A stretch of 64,000 nt of DNA from Chlorokybus atmophyticus (Eukaryota; Plantae; Mesostigma and Chlorokybus algae), in the NCBI GenBank assembly GCA_009103225.1, contig RHPI01002368.1, forward strand, positions 401,397-465,396. Direction: 5' to 3'. This document shows, in pieces, positions 42,280 to 53,721 of the stretch. Both the position numbers and the translations under genes were made by a program. The notes under the pieces are model-generated. The model did no database searches. It was not told the origin of the DNA and saw nothing but the letters and a program-made list of their open reading frames with translations. Positions within the stretch are counted from its first letter, which is position 1. The number at the start of each line of letters is the position of its first letter.

Positions 42280-44597
42280 TTATGCCAGCAGCGGTGTACG
42301 CTCGTTCATAATTGGCGAGCTCGTGGAAGACCGATATCGCCTCGCCTGACCAAATATTGTCAAGTCCAGCAAGACGGTGCCGAGACTGCCCAACAGCCAA
42401 GGCAGCTTGTTCCAGATATCAAGCCTGGAGCGGATATAGCGGGTCAGTGTTGCAACAATTACGGCTAGAAAATATGGATGTGTGCTGTGATGTACGCACA
42501 AGCGCGCGTGTGCGTGTGTATGTGTGAGTATGTGCATGCGTGCTCGTGCATATCCACGTACCAGCCTTGGATGCGAATCAGCACAGCGCTGCCATACGCC
42601 AAGTTGGCAAATATAGCACATCCAAACATCACCAGGCTCAGTCCCTCAACCGACCTGCGCTTCCTGTTCTGCGCGATCTGCAGATACAACAGTCGTACAG
42701 TCAGCACAACGTACAACACACACCTTCTGTTGTGTACAGCTACTCATGATGCAACGCACACAACTTGCATAGACTCAGAGATGTGTCTGTGTAATGGCAG
42801 AGTTGAACTGTCAAACTCTGGCGCTTCGACGCGTGCATCAAGCGCATGCATGCTGTGACATGCACACCCGCGCGTACGCGTGTGTCTGTGCATGCCTGCG
42901 CAAGCATGTCTATACACGTGGGTGCGCGCGAATGTGCATGTGTGTATGCGTGCCTGTGTGCACACGCGAGCAACCAACACAAAGTACGAGTGCGCAAGCT
43001 TGTGCTTACCTGTACGAATGTGTGCCGTAGCAAGCATGTGTGCGTGTGTACATGCCTCTGTGCTTGTGTACGTGCACAGGCGCGCGTGTGTGTATGACAT
43101 ATGCGTCTGCGTGCATGCCTGTGTGTAAGTGCAGAATGTAGGGGAAAACACATGAAGCTTACCTGTGACACGCGGGAGTACAAGTAGAGACAACATGAGC
43201 TCCACCCGAGCACATCCCCCAAGTCATGTTTCCAACTTGCGGGCAAACTGACCCTGTAATCCTCTGTTCCTAAACTACCTGTAAGTCCCAAACCCATCCC
43301 AAGCAGCCTGCGTCCCATTTTTAATCCCGAACCCAAACCCTTCCCACCTACAGGTCCCACCCCCAGTTTGGGACCCAATTGCACGAGCAGCAAACAGGAC
43401 ACGCAGAGCAGAGCCGCAGCAGGTCCTGCTCTGGGCCTGGCCTTTGTCCCGGACCTGGCCTGAGTCTGAGTCCCCTTTTCGGGCCGGGTCTGGGACGCGC
43501 GTAGTTTTTCGTCATCAAATGTGGCGTAATTGCTGGCCCAAACGCCGCTATTGAGCCTAACCCCGCCTTTACAAGAATAGTATAAGTATTGTCCTATCAA
43601 CGATAAATCCATGCAGATAAAGTAAAACGCTGTGTATGTCTCGGATGGCAGCTGGTCGCCTGCTAATAAACAGCCCAGAAGGTTGAATGTGTCACCCTGC
43701 ACAAGGGGAGAAAGGACAGACTCGATATAGGCATAAGGATGGAATGCTTGATGTTGAAATGCTGATTATTACGTTGTGTGATGGTGACTTACCAGCAGCC
43801 AGGAAGCAAGAAACCATGGAGAGAGCGCCTCGCAGTTGCCTACTTTGATGTTTTCTATCACTTGAGGAAGCTGCAAGCAAGAACGAAGACATTACAATGT
43901 GTAGATACAGAGCAAGCGGCCAAGCAATTGGCCAACATCCGGCTAGTATCAATACAGTTGGAAGTTTCCTCGACAATCTACTTGAATGGCAATCAAACAC
44001 AACTCTGTGGTACTTGGGGTTGTGTACAAAGTGTACATCCATACAATATGCCCAAGACTGTGTGAATTACACTGATCTTGACGCTAACAACAAATTTGGA
44101 AGAATGAACTTCAGCACTATACCAAGAAGGCAAATAGTAAAAGTTGCACTTAGAAGTATGTGAACTGCGCTCATATAAACCTCAGCACCATACAAAGAAA
44201 AAGGAAAATAGTATGAGTTGCACTCAGAAGTATGTGAATTGCACTCAAAGACTGCGCGATTATACTTCCCACCCACGTACAGTAAAGCTCCACAACCAAC
44301 AGTACACAACACACACCTCAGTAACTCTACACGCTTTGCTGCTAGTGAATCACATATATAGAATTGAGCAGATTGTCATGACCACAACTAAAAGATATAA
44401 CCCCCCCCACAAACAATTACCTTAACAACATCTCACACATCACATTTTCTCAGCTCATTCCTCACCTGTGCGACCAGCCACAACAGTATGGACGCCATCC
44501 CCATCGCCAGTCCCACACCGTCCCGCCACCCGTACACGCAGTCGGACAACCACTCCCGGGCCCACACGGATGCGCCCGCACCACACTCCGGCGCCAT
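42280..44597 (-). CDS. PQ-loop repeat transporter (PQLC2/Ypq-like)
   Basis: MAPEC..DCVYGWRD..LLWLVAQ|LPQVIENIKVGNCEALSPWFLASWLLG|DTFNLLGCLLAGDQLPSETYTAFYF..GDVLGWSSCCLYLYSRVSQ|IAQNRKRRSVEGLS..FANLAYG..LPWLLGSLGTVLLDLTIFGQ. The second loop reads SQ rather than PQ. Confidence 0.92.
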
Positions 44598-45272
44598 GGG
44601 GGCCTGGTGTGGCCTGGGCTGGCCTGGCCTGGCCTGGTGTGATGAAGTCTAATTGTCCCTGGACTGGACTGGGCCTGGTATGTTGACTAGTGGTCGAACT
44701 GTCTATGCCTTAGGCCAGGCCGGGCCAGGGTGAAAGGGGAGGATTGGTGTACAGGGGACGCGTGGCCTGGTACGGGCGGCCTGGCGGAGATTGACCAGCC
44801 TGGCGCAGCCTGGCGGAACAAAGATGAACAAAAGTAATTGGGTTTTTTGCGTCACACCATTGCTCCAAAAGCCGAGCGCGCCTCTAACCGACTCAGTTGC
44901 CTTAAAGGCGCTGACTGAGCGTTGAAGCGGGAGACTCCGCAGTTTACGTAGTCAGCATATCTGGGTTTGGTTAGATTATGGCGCGAGATTTTTAACCAAG
45001 TCGTCAACTGCACTTTTGTCCCATTTCACGTCACGCTTGTGTGGCCACTGTGACGCTGTAACACACACGTGACGCGCGTTACGCTTGGGCGCCCCTGAAT
45101 CTCAGTTACCGTGTCGAGCGTTACAAACGGGCCTCTTGTCAGGATGAACCGACAACCTCCTGCTGAAGGTAGGAACTTGCCAGTTTAAGTCTAACGGAGA
45201 ACAGATCAGCCCCAAATTGGGCCCAAAACCAGGCCAGACCAGGCCATCAGGCCAGGCCACCAGGCCAGGGGT

Positions 45273-48200
45273 ATGGCGATGATGACGTGGCAAATGCGGC
45301 GTAATAGGAGGAGACCGCCGCCGCTTGTGGTAGTGGCGGCGTTGGCCGTGGTGGTGGGGCTGCTGATGGCGCTGCCACGTGGCTGCCAAGCAGGTACTCT
45401 ACGCACAACAGCAACACTCATATACAAAATAACGACAAAAAACTGGACACAAAGACAACATGAGACGTATATCACACATCACGGTTGACAACAAAATATC
45501 GCATTGCTTCTGTTTCATGGTTGGATGTAATATAGTAAGTACACGCAATTGTTTTGAAGCTACTCGTATTCTCATTCTGTGTTGTTTATTGCCATGCACG
45601 TATGTGGTGTATGAAAAGCACATCACATTGTAAGTTATGAGTAGTGGCAGGCAAATCAGTACCTTGCTGCTGACACTACTGTGACTGAATGTAGATTTCA
45701 CTGTAGTAGAATACGATGGGTACACGATTGGAATGTTATGTTGGCATTGTGAACGTGTGTGTATCAACTTGGCGCGCACGCACACACACACACAATAGCA
45801 AGCACACAAGGCCGCATGCGCGGACCTGTACACGTACATTCCCTCCTCCCCCCACCCCACCCCCCACCCCACCCCCCACACACAATGCAATCTCAACTAC
45901 ACTGCGTACACACACCACCACCACCACACACCCCGTTCGCACTCACCACCACATGCATCTCTACAACAGACTCAGCGTTCGGAGCTGCCGAGACCACAGC
46001 CGACCCCGAAGACGAGAGCATGTTTGCTTACTGGGGTGAGCGAATTGTCGTTGCTGTTGTTGGTGTTGAAGCACGTGTGTCACGCAATGGTTCATGAATG
46101 GCTCATGGAGTCCAACATGTCGCGTGTGTTGTGGTTGTTGCGTAGACAGCAGCTTCTACGGCTACATACCACTGAATGCCATCGATGATGAGACTCCCCC
46201 TCCCCCTCCTCCACCACCTCCACCTGCTCCTCCTCCCCCTCAACCACCTCCACCACCACCACCACCACCTCCTCCTTCCCCTTCTCCTCCTTACCCTTCC
46301 CCTCCTCCTCCTCCTTCCCCTTCTCCTCCTCCACCGCCTTCTCCTCCTCCTCCCTCTCCTCCGCCACCAGAAGAGATAGATACAGATGCTCCACCATCTT
46401 CACCTTCACCTCCTCCACCTCCCCCGCCACCTCCACCTTCTCCCCCAGCCCATCCTCCTTCACCTTCTCCCCCTCCCCCTTCCCCACCTCCTCCTCCTCC
46501 TTCACCATCAGCCCCTCCCCCTCCTCCTTCTCCCCCTCCTTCACCACTTCCACCTCCCCCTCCACACTCACCACCTCCTTTACCACCTCCTTCACCTCCT
46601 CCTTTACCATCTCCTTCACCACCTCCTCCATCTCCTCCATCCCACTCACCTCCACCACACCAACAAACACCACCCCCTCCTCCACCCCCTCCTCCACCAC
46701 CACCACCACCACCTCATCCACCACCTCCTCCTCCTCCCCCAGACCTCAATCCTCTACCAGAAGCAAGTCCCCCTCCTCCCCCTCCTCCCCCTCCGTCACC
46801 ACCATCACCACCACCATCACCATCTCCTCCTCCTTCTTCTCCTCCCCCACCCGTGATCCCCGCCGGTCTCGCTCTTGTGTCCGGCGGTCTGGCGCTCCAG
46901 GGGGACGCCGACGCGCTGCTGCCGTTCGATGAGGGAAGGAGGGACGCAGTCAGGGGGGCCATGGCGAGCGTCGCGAATACAACGTGAGGCGTGCGTGCGT
47001 GCGTGCGTGGGTGCATGCGTGGATGTGGGTGTGGGTGTGGGTGCGGGTGTGGGTATGGGTATGGGTATGGGCCTTATATACAGATAGTACTTACGTGTGC
47101 ATGCATGCACGTGTGTGTATCTGCGCGTGCACGTGTATCTGTTGTAAGTTTGTATCTTTCCCAACAGGATCGACCACGTTGCCCTCACCGGCATTCAAGT
47201 CTCCCAAACCGACGTTCCCGAACCCGCTCCAGGTCCCTCTCCAGGTCTCTCTCTCACACCTGCTTCGGGACCTTCATATTGGGACCCATCCCCAGGTCTT
47301 GTACCCAGTCTGGGACCTACCTTGGGTCCCGAACCCGGTCTGGCCCCCACTCCGGGACCCTTTAGCTGGGTCCCAGCTTCTGGTCCCGGTTCCTCCCCGG
47401 GTCCAGGGCTGGGTCCAGTCCCCACTCCTGGGCCGGGTTCAGGACCTTCACGTAGGAGGTTGTTGTCGAGCACCGCGACGGTGTCGTTCACGTATGCGAT
47501 ATCGGTGCTGCAGGCGGCCGCGGGGTCGACGGCGCTGAGGGTGGCGGGGGCGGCGGGGGGGGGACTCGCACAGGCACTCGCGGACGCTGGTACTACCACG
47601 CACCGAGTGTGTGTATCTGTGTATTCGTGCATGCGTGCGTGCGTGCGTGCGTGTGTGTATGCATGTGGTTGCAGTTGTGCGTGCGCATGTGTGTATGTGT
47701 TGTGCAAACAACTCCACACATGTGCCTGTGTGGAGTTGTTTGCATATGTGCGTGTGCGTGTCCGCGTGTACACATACGAACGTGCGCGTGTGACCTATGT
47801 TGTGTACACACACACAAACACACACACAACCACGCTTGATTCCTTTTTCCTTGACCAGGCCTACCAGTGCAGCCTATAATGACAACCTCCGTCCGCGTCA
47901 TCCCTTCCTCCCTCTCTTTCCCTCCTCCTCCTCCCTCTCCTCCCTCCCCTCACCCCCCTTCCTCCCCCCCTCCCCCTCTCCCAACATGGCCTCCTCCTCC
48001 CCCTCCAACCCAACTCCAGGCAGGAGCCAACACCAAACCCAACACTTCAAACAATAGCAAAGTGGCCGTGGGCGTGGCGGTCCCGTTGGGGATAGTGAGT
48101 GTGTTGGCGGCTGTATCGGTGCTGTTGTATCGGAGGAGGAAGAAAAGGAGGCAAAGCGCGGGACAGATGGAGTTTGCTACTTGGGGTGTGCATAACCCGG

Positions 48201-49140
48201 TGGCAAGTGAGTTTGTTCATGGAGGGGAGGAGGAGGACGCGTCGACGCCAGCTGGCAACGGCGGCACGCAGGTGTGTGCGTGTGTGTGCGCACGCGTGCG
48301 CGCGCATGTGTGTCTCTGTGCGTGTTTCTCTGTGTGTTGTAATGGCTATGCGTGTGTGCGCACGTGCTTGTGTCCGTGCGTGTGCGTGCACAGGCGTAGG
48401 TGCGTTCCTGTAATGCGCTGTGCGCACTCAATTGCGTGCAGACACGAGCGTGTTCAGGACTGTGCGTGCGTGTTGGTGTGCACGTCTGTGTGCATGCCCC
48501 TCGAGTGTGTGCGTGCCTTTGCTCTGCGCGGACACACAAAAGCATACACAAGCATGTTTAGAGTTATAGACTTGTGAGTTAATGCAGGGGTCAAGGAGTC
48601 AGCCTGGAGGAGCGCCTGAGCAATCTTTACGGGCGAGACACAGTCCGCGCAGCCCACAGGACAGGTTGGCGTGCGTGTGTGCGTGCACGTATGTGGGTCT
48701 ATGCCAACACGAGGTTAGCATTATGCCTTAGCAGTCACTCAACTCAGTCAATGTTCTTTACAGGCCTTCATGGGAGAATCCACTTTACAATGCGCAAACA
48801 GACACGCAGGCTTCAGCTGCTGCTACACGGCAATCAGCAGTAAGATATAACCACATACCCACCTTGCAACACATAATCACATACCCACGCACGCGCGCAG
48901 ATGGACATTCTAATGGACAAGCATGTAGAATGACAAGGGTATGTTCTGCAGGTTCTATACAACAGCAGTCCGGGTGTGTCACCGCAAGCATCACCTACGT
49001 GAGTTGTGTGGTTACTGCATTGCAAGTTCCACACTGCTTGTGTTGCAAGTACTGACTTGTGTGGGCTCAACAGACGGCAGGTATCGCTACCTGTTCAAAG
49101 ACATTTTCACCAACAACCCTCAATAGGCACTGCCATGTAG
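45273..49140 (+). CDS. Proline-rich (HRGP/extensin-like) type I transmembrane protein
   Basis: Signal peptide (VVVAALAVVVGLLMALPRGCQA), ~200-aa SPn/PPP block (46190-46850), RRRLL..VSFT SEA-like segment, second Pro block, TM VAVGVAVPLGIVSVLAAVSVLLY followed by RRRKKRR, tail ending TAG 49140. The last three exons are less certain. Confidence 0.8.
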
Positions 49141-49870
49141 CTTAGCCCATAGCAATAGAAGTAGAAGAGAAGTAGTGTAATGCGTGTGCGCTTGAACTAG
49201 TTGCATGTGTTAGGGAGCTAACAATGAGGATAAAAGTAGTGTGGGGCCAGATGAGTGGTTGCCATAACACCTATGTATATTCAATCTAAATACTCAAAGA
49301 TGTGCGGTGAATTGCATATTAGATTGTCAAACATTGTGTACAAGTAGTGCCCGTCAGGCATAGCTATCAGCGTGTGCGGTGGTTTTCATGTATATATTGA
49401 GGGCACGTAGTTTCCGATCGGTGTCGATGACATGCAATCAACAAGCAGAGCACCAGTGCCACATACACAAGTCCCATGATTGTTAATATTACATGCGAAT
49501 GTACAAGTGTCATTACGTGGCTCATTTGTTATCACAACATGACACGATCCGACACACCATGATAAAGTAGCATATCCTATCATAATGATTTCGAAGAACA
49601 CAATCGTGATAATTCCTGTGTAGGCAACACCCAGCCTTGTAGTTGTCAAGCATCTGCATCGTGACTGTGGGTCATGCGCATCATGCACATGAGGCTAGCT
49701 ACAAGGATGGGGCTACCGAACCTTCAAGTCATGGGCGAGACGGGAGACCCCATCAATATCGTCTCTCATGAAATGAAGTCAAATCTGGTTTTTTTTCAAT
49801 CAATGGGAGGTGCTGTTAAAAGCAACAATAACCACTTTTAAAGACTTGTGTGGTTTGGATATTATTAGAT

Positions 49871-50581
49871 TTGATGCAACGACGAGGGTATTTGTGACTT
49901 GCAAAAACTACTTATACATGGGAGTGGCGGTTGGGGGCCATGTAATGGTGTCAACTATTAATATGAGGTTGTCCTGCCGTGACAAACGATAACTCATTGC
50001 CATGTAAGGCAGCTGCAAGCTGTCATCCCAATGCCGATGGTAATGCGTCTCACAACATCAACTTAATGAGCATATAACCGTTTGCACTACGCATATGTGC
50101 AGCAACCGTCCGCCTCAAGGTGATCGCGGCTGGCACGTGCAATGATAGTCGCATCCAGCTCGTTTGAGCTATCAAGCTCTTAAGACACTATGTGATTGAT
50201 AATGAGTACAGATACTTGTACGTGGCGTACAAGTACAGTGTATGCAATTGCAGCATTGTGACATTTCAAGCTTGTAACGTTTACAAGCTGTAAAATCTGA
50301 ACGTCCATCTTCAAGTCTAAGTTGGGAGAAGCCAACTAGCTAGCGTAGGATCCGTTCCTCTATGAGTAGAGATGTAGTCATTAAGTTGTCATTCTGTACA
50401 AATGCATTGACTACTTGGGCTGCACTTACGGCCTGGGTTGAGCGGTTGTGATCGAAAAGGCAACGAGCACGCGTGTCCTTGAGCTTAATGGTTGCGATGT
50501 CGCCAAGCGACTAGCGCGGTGCGTAATTGTATCATGACGATGTATGGATCATGTCGTACATGTTGCGTAACGCGGTGGAAC
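49871..50581. repeat. Copy A of a ~720-bp diverged direct duplication
   Basis: Colinear with 50929-51658; long identical blocks such as gtgacatttcaagcttgtaacgtttacaagctgtaaaatctgaacgtccatcttcaagtctaagttgggagaagccaactagctagcgt. Confidence 0.93.
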
Positions 50582-50928
50582 GCGGGTGCCTATCATATAA
50601 CCCATGAGGCCCAAGATGACCACCAGCCCGAGCCCCATGCCTAGCGCTGCTCAGTTGAGCCGTTTGCGCTTCGTGTCGTCCTTGACGTAATGGGACGCGA
50701 CCACGACAGCCACCCATGCAAATAGCACGATGACCAGGACACCAGCCGTCACCCATAGCGTTGTTTGGCTGCCTTCCATATCTTTCAAGTTGCGCAGAAA
50801 ATTTTTCATTTCTGTCCAATGTGTGGTCACTGTTTAAGTAACTGTTGCGACTGCACGAAGCTGGGCGTGCCCATCCCGACACATGAATAACGCAGGACGA
50901 TCGGGAAGTCGTTTGAATAACTTTATAT

Positions 50929-51658
50929 TTAATGCAACGAGGAGGGTATTTTTGAATTGCAAGAACTACTTATACGTGGGAGTGGCGGTTGGGGGCCATG
51001 TAATGGTGTCAATTATTGATTTAAGGTTGTCCTGCCGTGACAAACGATAAGTCAAATTTTATTGCCACATAAGGCAGCTGCAAGCTGTCATCCCAATGCC
51101 GATGGTAATGCGTCTCACAACAGCAACTTAATGAGCATATAATCGTTTGCACTACGCATATGTGCAGCAAGACCGTCCGCCTCAGAGTGATCGCGGCTGG
51201 CACGTGCAATGGGAATCGAATCCAGCTCATTTAAGCTATTAAGCTCTTAAAACACTTCATGATTGAAAATGCGTACAGATACTTGTACGCCGCGTACAAG
51301 CACAATGTATGAATGCAGTTGCAATTGCAGCATTGTGACATTTCAAGCTTGTAACGTTTACAAGCTGTAAAATCTGAACGTCCATCTTCAAGTCTAAGTT
51401 GGGAGAAGCCAACTAGCTAGCGTTGGATCTGTTCCTTTATGAGTAGAGATGTAATCATTAGATTGTCATTCTTTACAAATGCATTGACTACTTGGGCTGT
51501 ACTTACGGCCTGAGCTGAGCGGATGTCATTGAAAAAGCAACGAGCACGCGTGTCCTTTAGCTCAACGTTTGCGATGTCGCCAAGCGACTAGCGTGGTTCA
51601 TAATTGTATCATGACAATGTATGGTCCATGTCGTACATGTTGTGCAACGCGCTGGAAC
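50929..51658. repeat. Copy B of a ~720-bp diverged direct duplication
   Basis: Colinear with 49871-50581, with scattered substitutions and small indels. Confidence 0.93.
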
Positions 51659-53721
51659 TGTGCGTAATGTCGATATGAGTTAGCTGATGAGTAGACACGG
51701 GCTGTCTTCAACAAGTGGCTAAGATTGGCAATTGCGGCGTTAAGGCTCGAGAGGGCGGGTGAGTAATGCCGCCGCCGCTAGCAAAGACAACAAGAACTAC
51801 TACACAGCTGCTCTGCGTCAAGTAAGCGGTAAGCTTGGCTTTATGCCCGCTGACGGGCGCTACGAACGTCAGCAGTGCTGACGCTCGCAGCGGCCCGTTT
51901 ATTTCATTCAAATGTCCTCCGTCAAGCGGCAGAGGACATTGGAGCGGTTAGCTAATCAGCTGACCACTTGAGTATCTGTCAAAACGCATGTAAAAGTGGG
52001 TGGGAACGTTGCTCTGAAGTGCTTGCGGTGTTGTGGGAAGCTTTATTGCAGAATTATCATTAACCCCACCCGCTTAAAGAAGTGCTCGGCGACATACATA
52101 GGAAACCATTTGCGAAATCGAGATGCGCATCTCATAGTTGGTATCTACAAGAATGAATATCCGATCAAATAAATGCGTTGTGATTTGAACATCTAGCAAC
52201 ATGCAATGCAGCTGATCTTAATCTAATTGCAGTTGCGATATTGTCGCACCATGTCTATCAGTTAACAGTGGCTATTGCTAACATTGCCTGAAAATGAAGT
52301 TCGGAATATATTGTTAACCGGTGTTTAACAGTGCGCATGCATTAACATAATCTCATGTAAAGGCTCTTATTGTAGCATTTATATTTAGCACCATATACCG
52401 TTGAAATTGTTCTTTTGCATCAATCTTGCATACGTTTTATATGTTACAGCAAGTGGCATAAGCTTAACTGCCTTTGCTTACTTGTGACACTCAAGCTCAA
52501 TGCAAGAATTTGTGCACGTGATCATGTGGCACATATGCCATACGTGGTAGGCGGCATGTTTGTAACACGGGTTTTTATTTATCAAGAGTACACAAAGAGA
52601 GGGAGAGAGTCAATACTTTCATGATCAGCACCCCGCACAATTACACACCAGATAGTCACAATTTAGAGATAACGTCACTCGCAAGCGCGGCCATACCTTC
52701 CATCAAAGTTGTTGCAACTGTAATATATGGACTTCAAGTGCGCGCAAGCGCTGACTAACAGGGAGAGACGCGCTGCAGCCATGGCAACCATGCCGGGATG
52801 GGGACTAGTGCCGATTATGGAAGCGGATGCTGCGCTGGCAATGGCGTTAGGGAGGACGGGACGCATCGGAGTGAAGGGGACGTGTTGACATGCAGTGCAC
52901 TCGTGTGTTTCAGTGTGGTGTGATGTGGTGGTAGTGAGCTGAACACACAATGGCAACACTTGTACCTTTGCACATGTCCTTTGATATGTGCAGCCTACCG
53001 CAAGTTTGAGTAGCCAATGCTCGCAGTTCCGCGCGAAAATCGCAATTCATGTGCAAATGGCTCTTTGAATCAACTGTATGCTTTCATTGTCTACAGCATA
53101 TAAATGTCACCAGGGCAGTCATCCGCATAGTTCCACCTCTCATCCCTATTGACTGCACATGCTTTGCACTTGGAGCATGAGGTGTTGTATGCTTGTGCGT
53201 GTGTGCATAAATGTGTGTGAGTGCGTGCACACGCGCATGTGCCACACTCTGTGTGCACTTCATTTACAGACGCATTAGCTTTTGCCAATACCTTTCTACC
53301 CTCCTGCACTCCAAGTTGCGTGATCAAGGAATAGGCACAACACGCAAACATGTGTTTGCGTGGGAGCCAATGTAGGGCAGGGTGTTTTGTTGTAACAGCT
53401 GCAATGCAACTTGCTGAGCAACCACACATCACACACAGAACTACCGACATTTGCCATTAACATGAATATAAGCTAGGTAGCAAGGGACTACAGCTGGTGT
53501 AAGTGTAATGATATAACCCAAGGGATAAACCCCGCTGAAGCGTTTGTAGACCTCCTTTTTCCTCTGGATGCAGGGTCACTGCATGCAGAGGAAAACCCAA
53601 GAGAACCAATGTACACAAGCCTCACACAAAACCCATCCTTACATGCTGCTTGGTAAAGATCAGACAGTTGTAACTAGACAATATGTGCCCTGGGTAAAGA
53701 GTGGGAGAATGGAGTATATAA

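Noticed and set aside
46092-46856. His/Leu-rich and Glu/Val-rich ORFs
   Set aside because: Alternative-frame and antisense readings of the poly-Pro exon.
49871-51658. Reverse-transcriptase pseudogene call, or a TAA/TAG=Gln code, for the duplicated segment
   Set aside because: Only a vague YLG resemblance with no YADD or QG motif. In-frame TGA also occurs, third-position bias is weak, and host exons contain no in-frame TAR.
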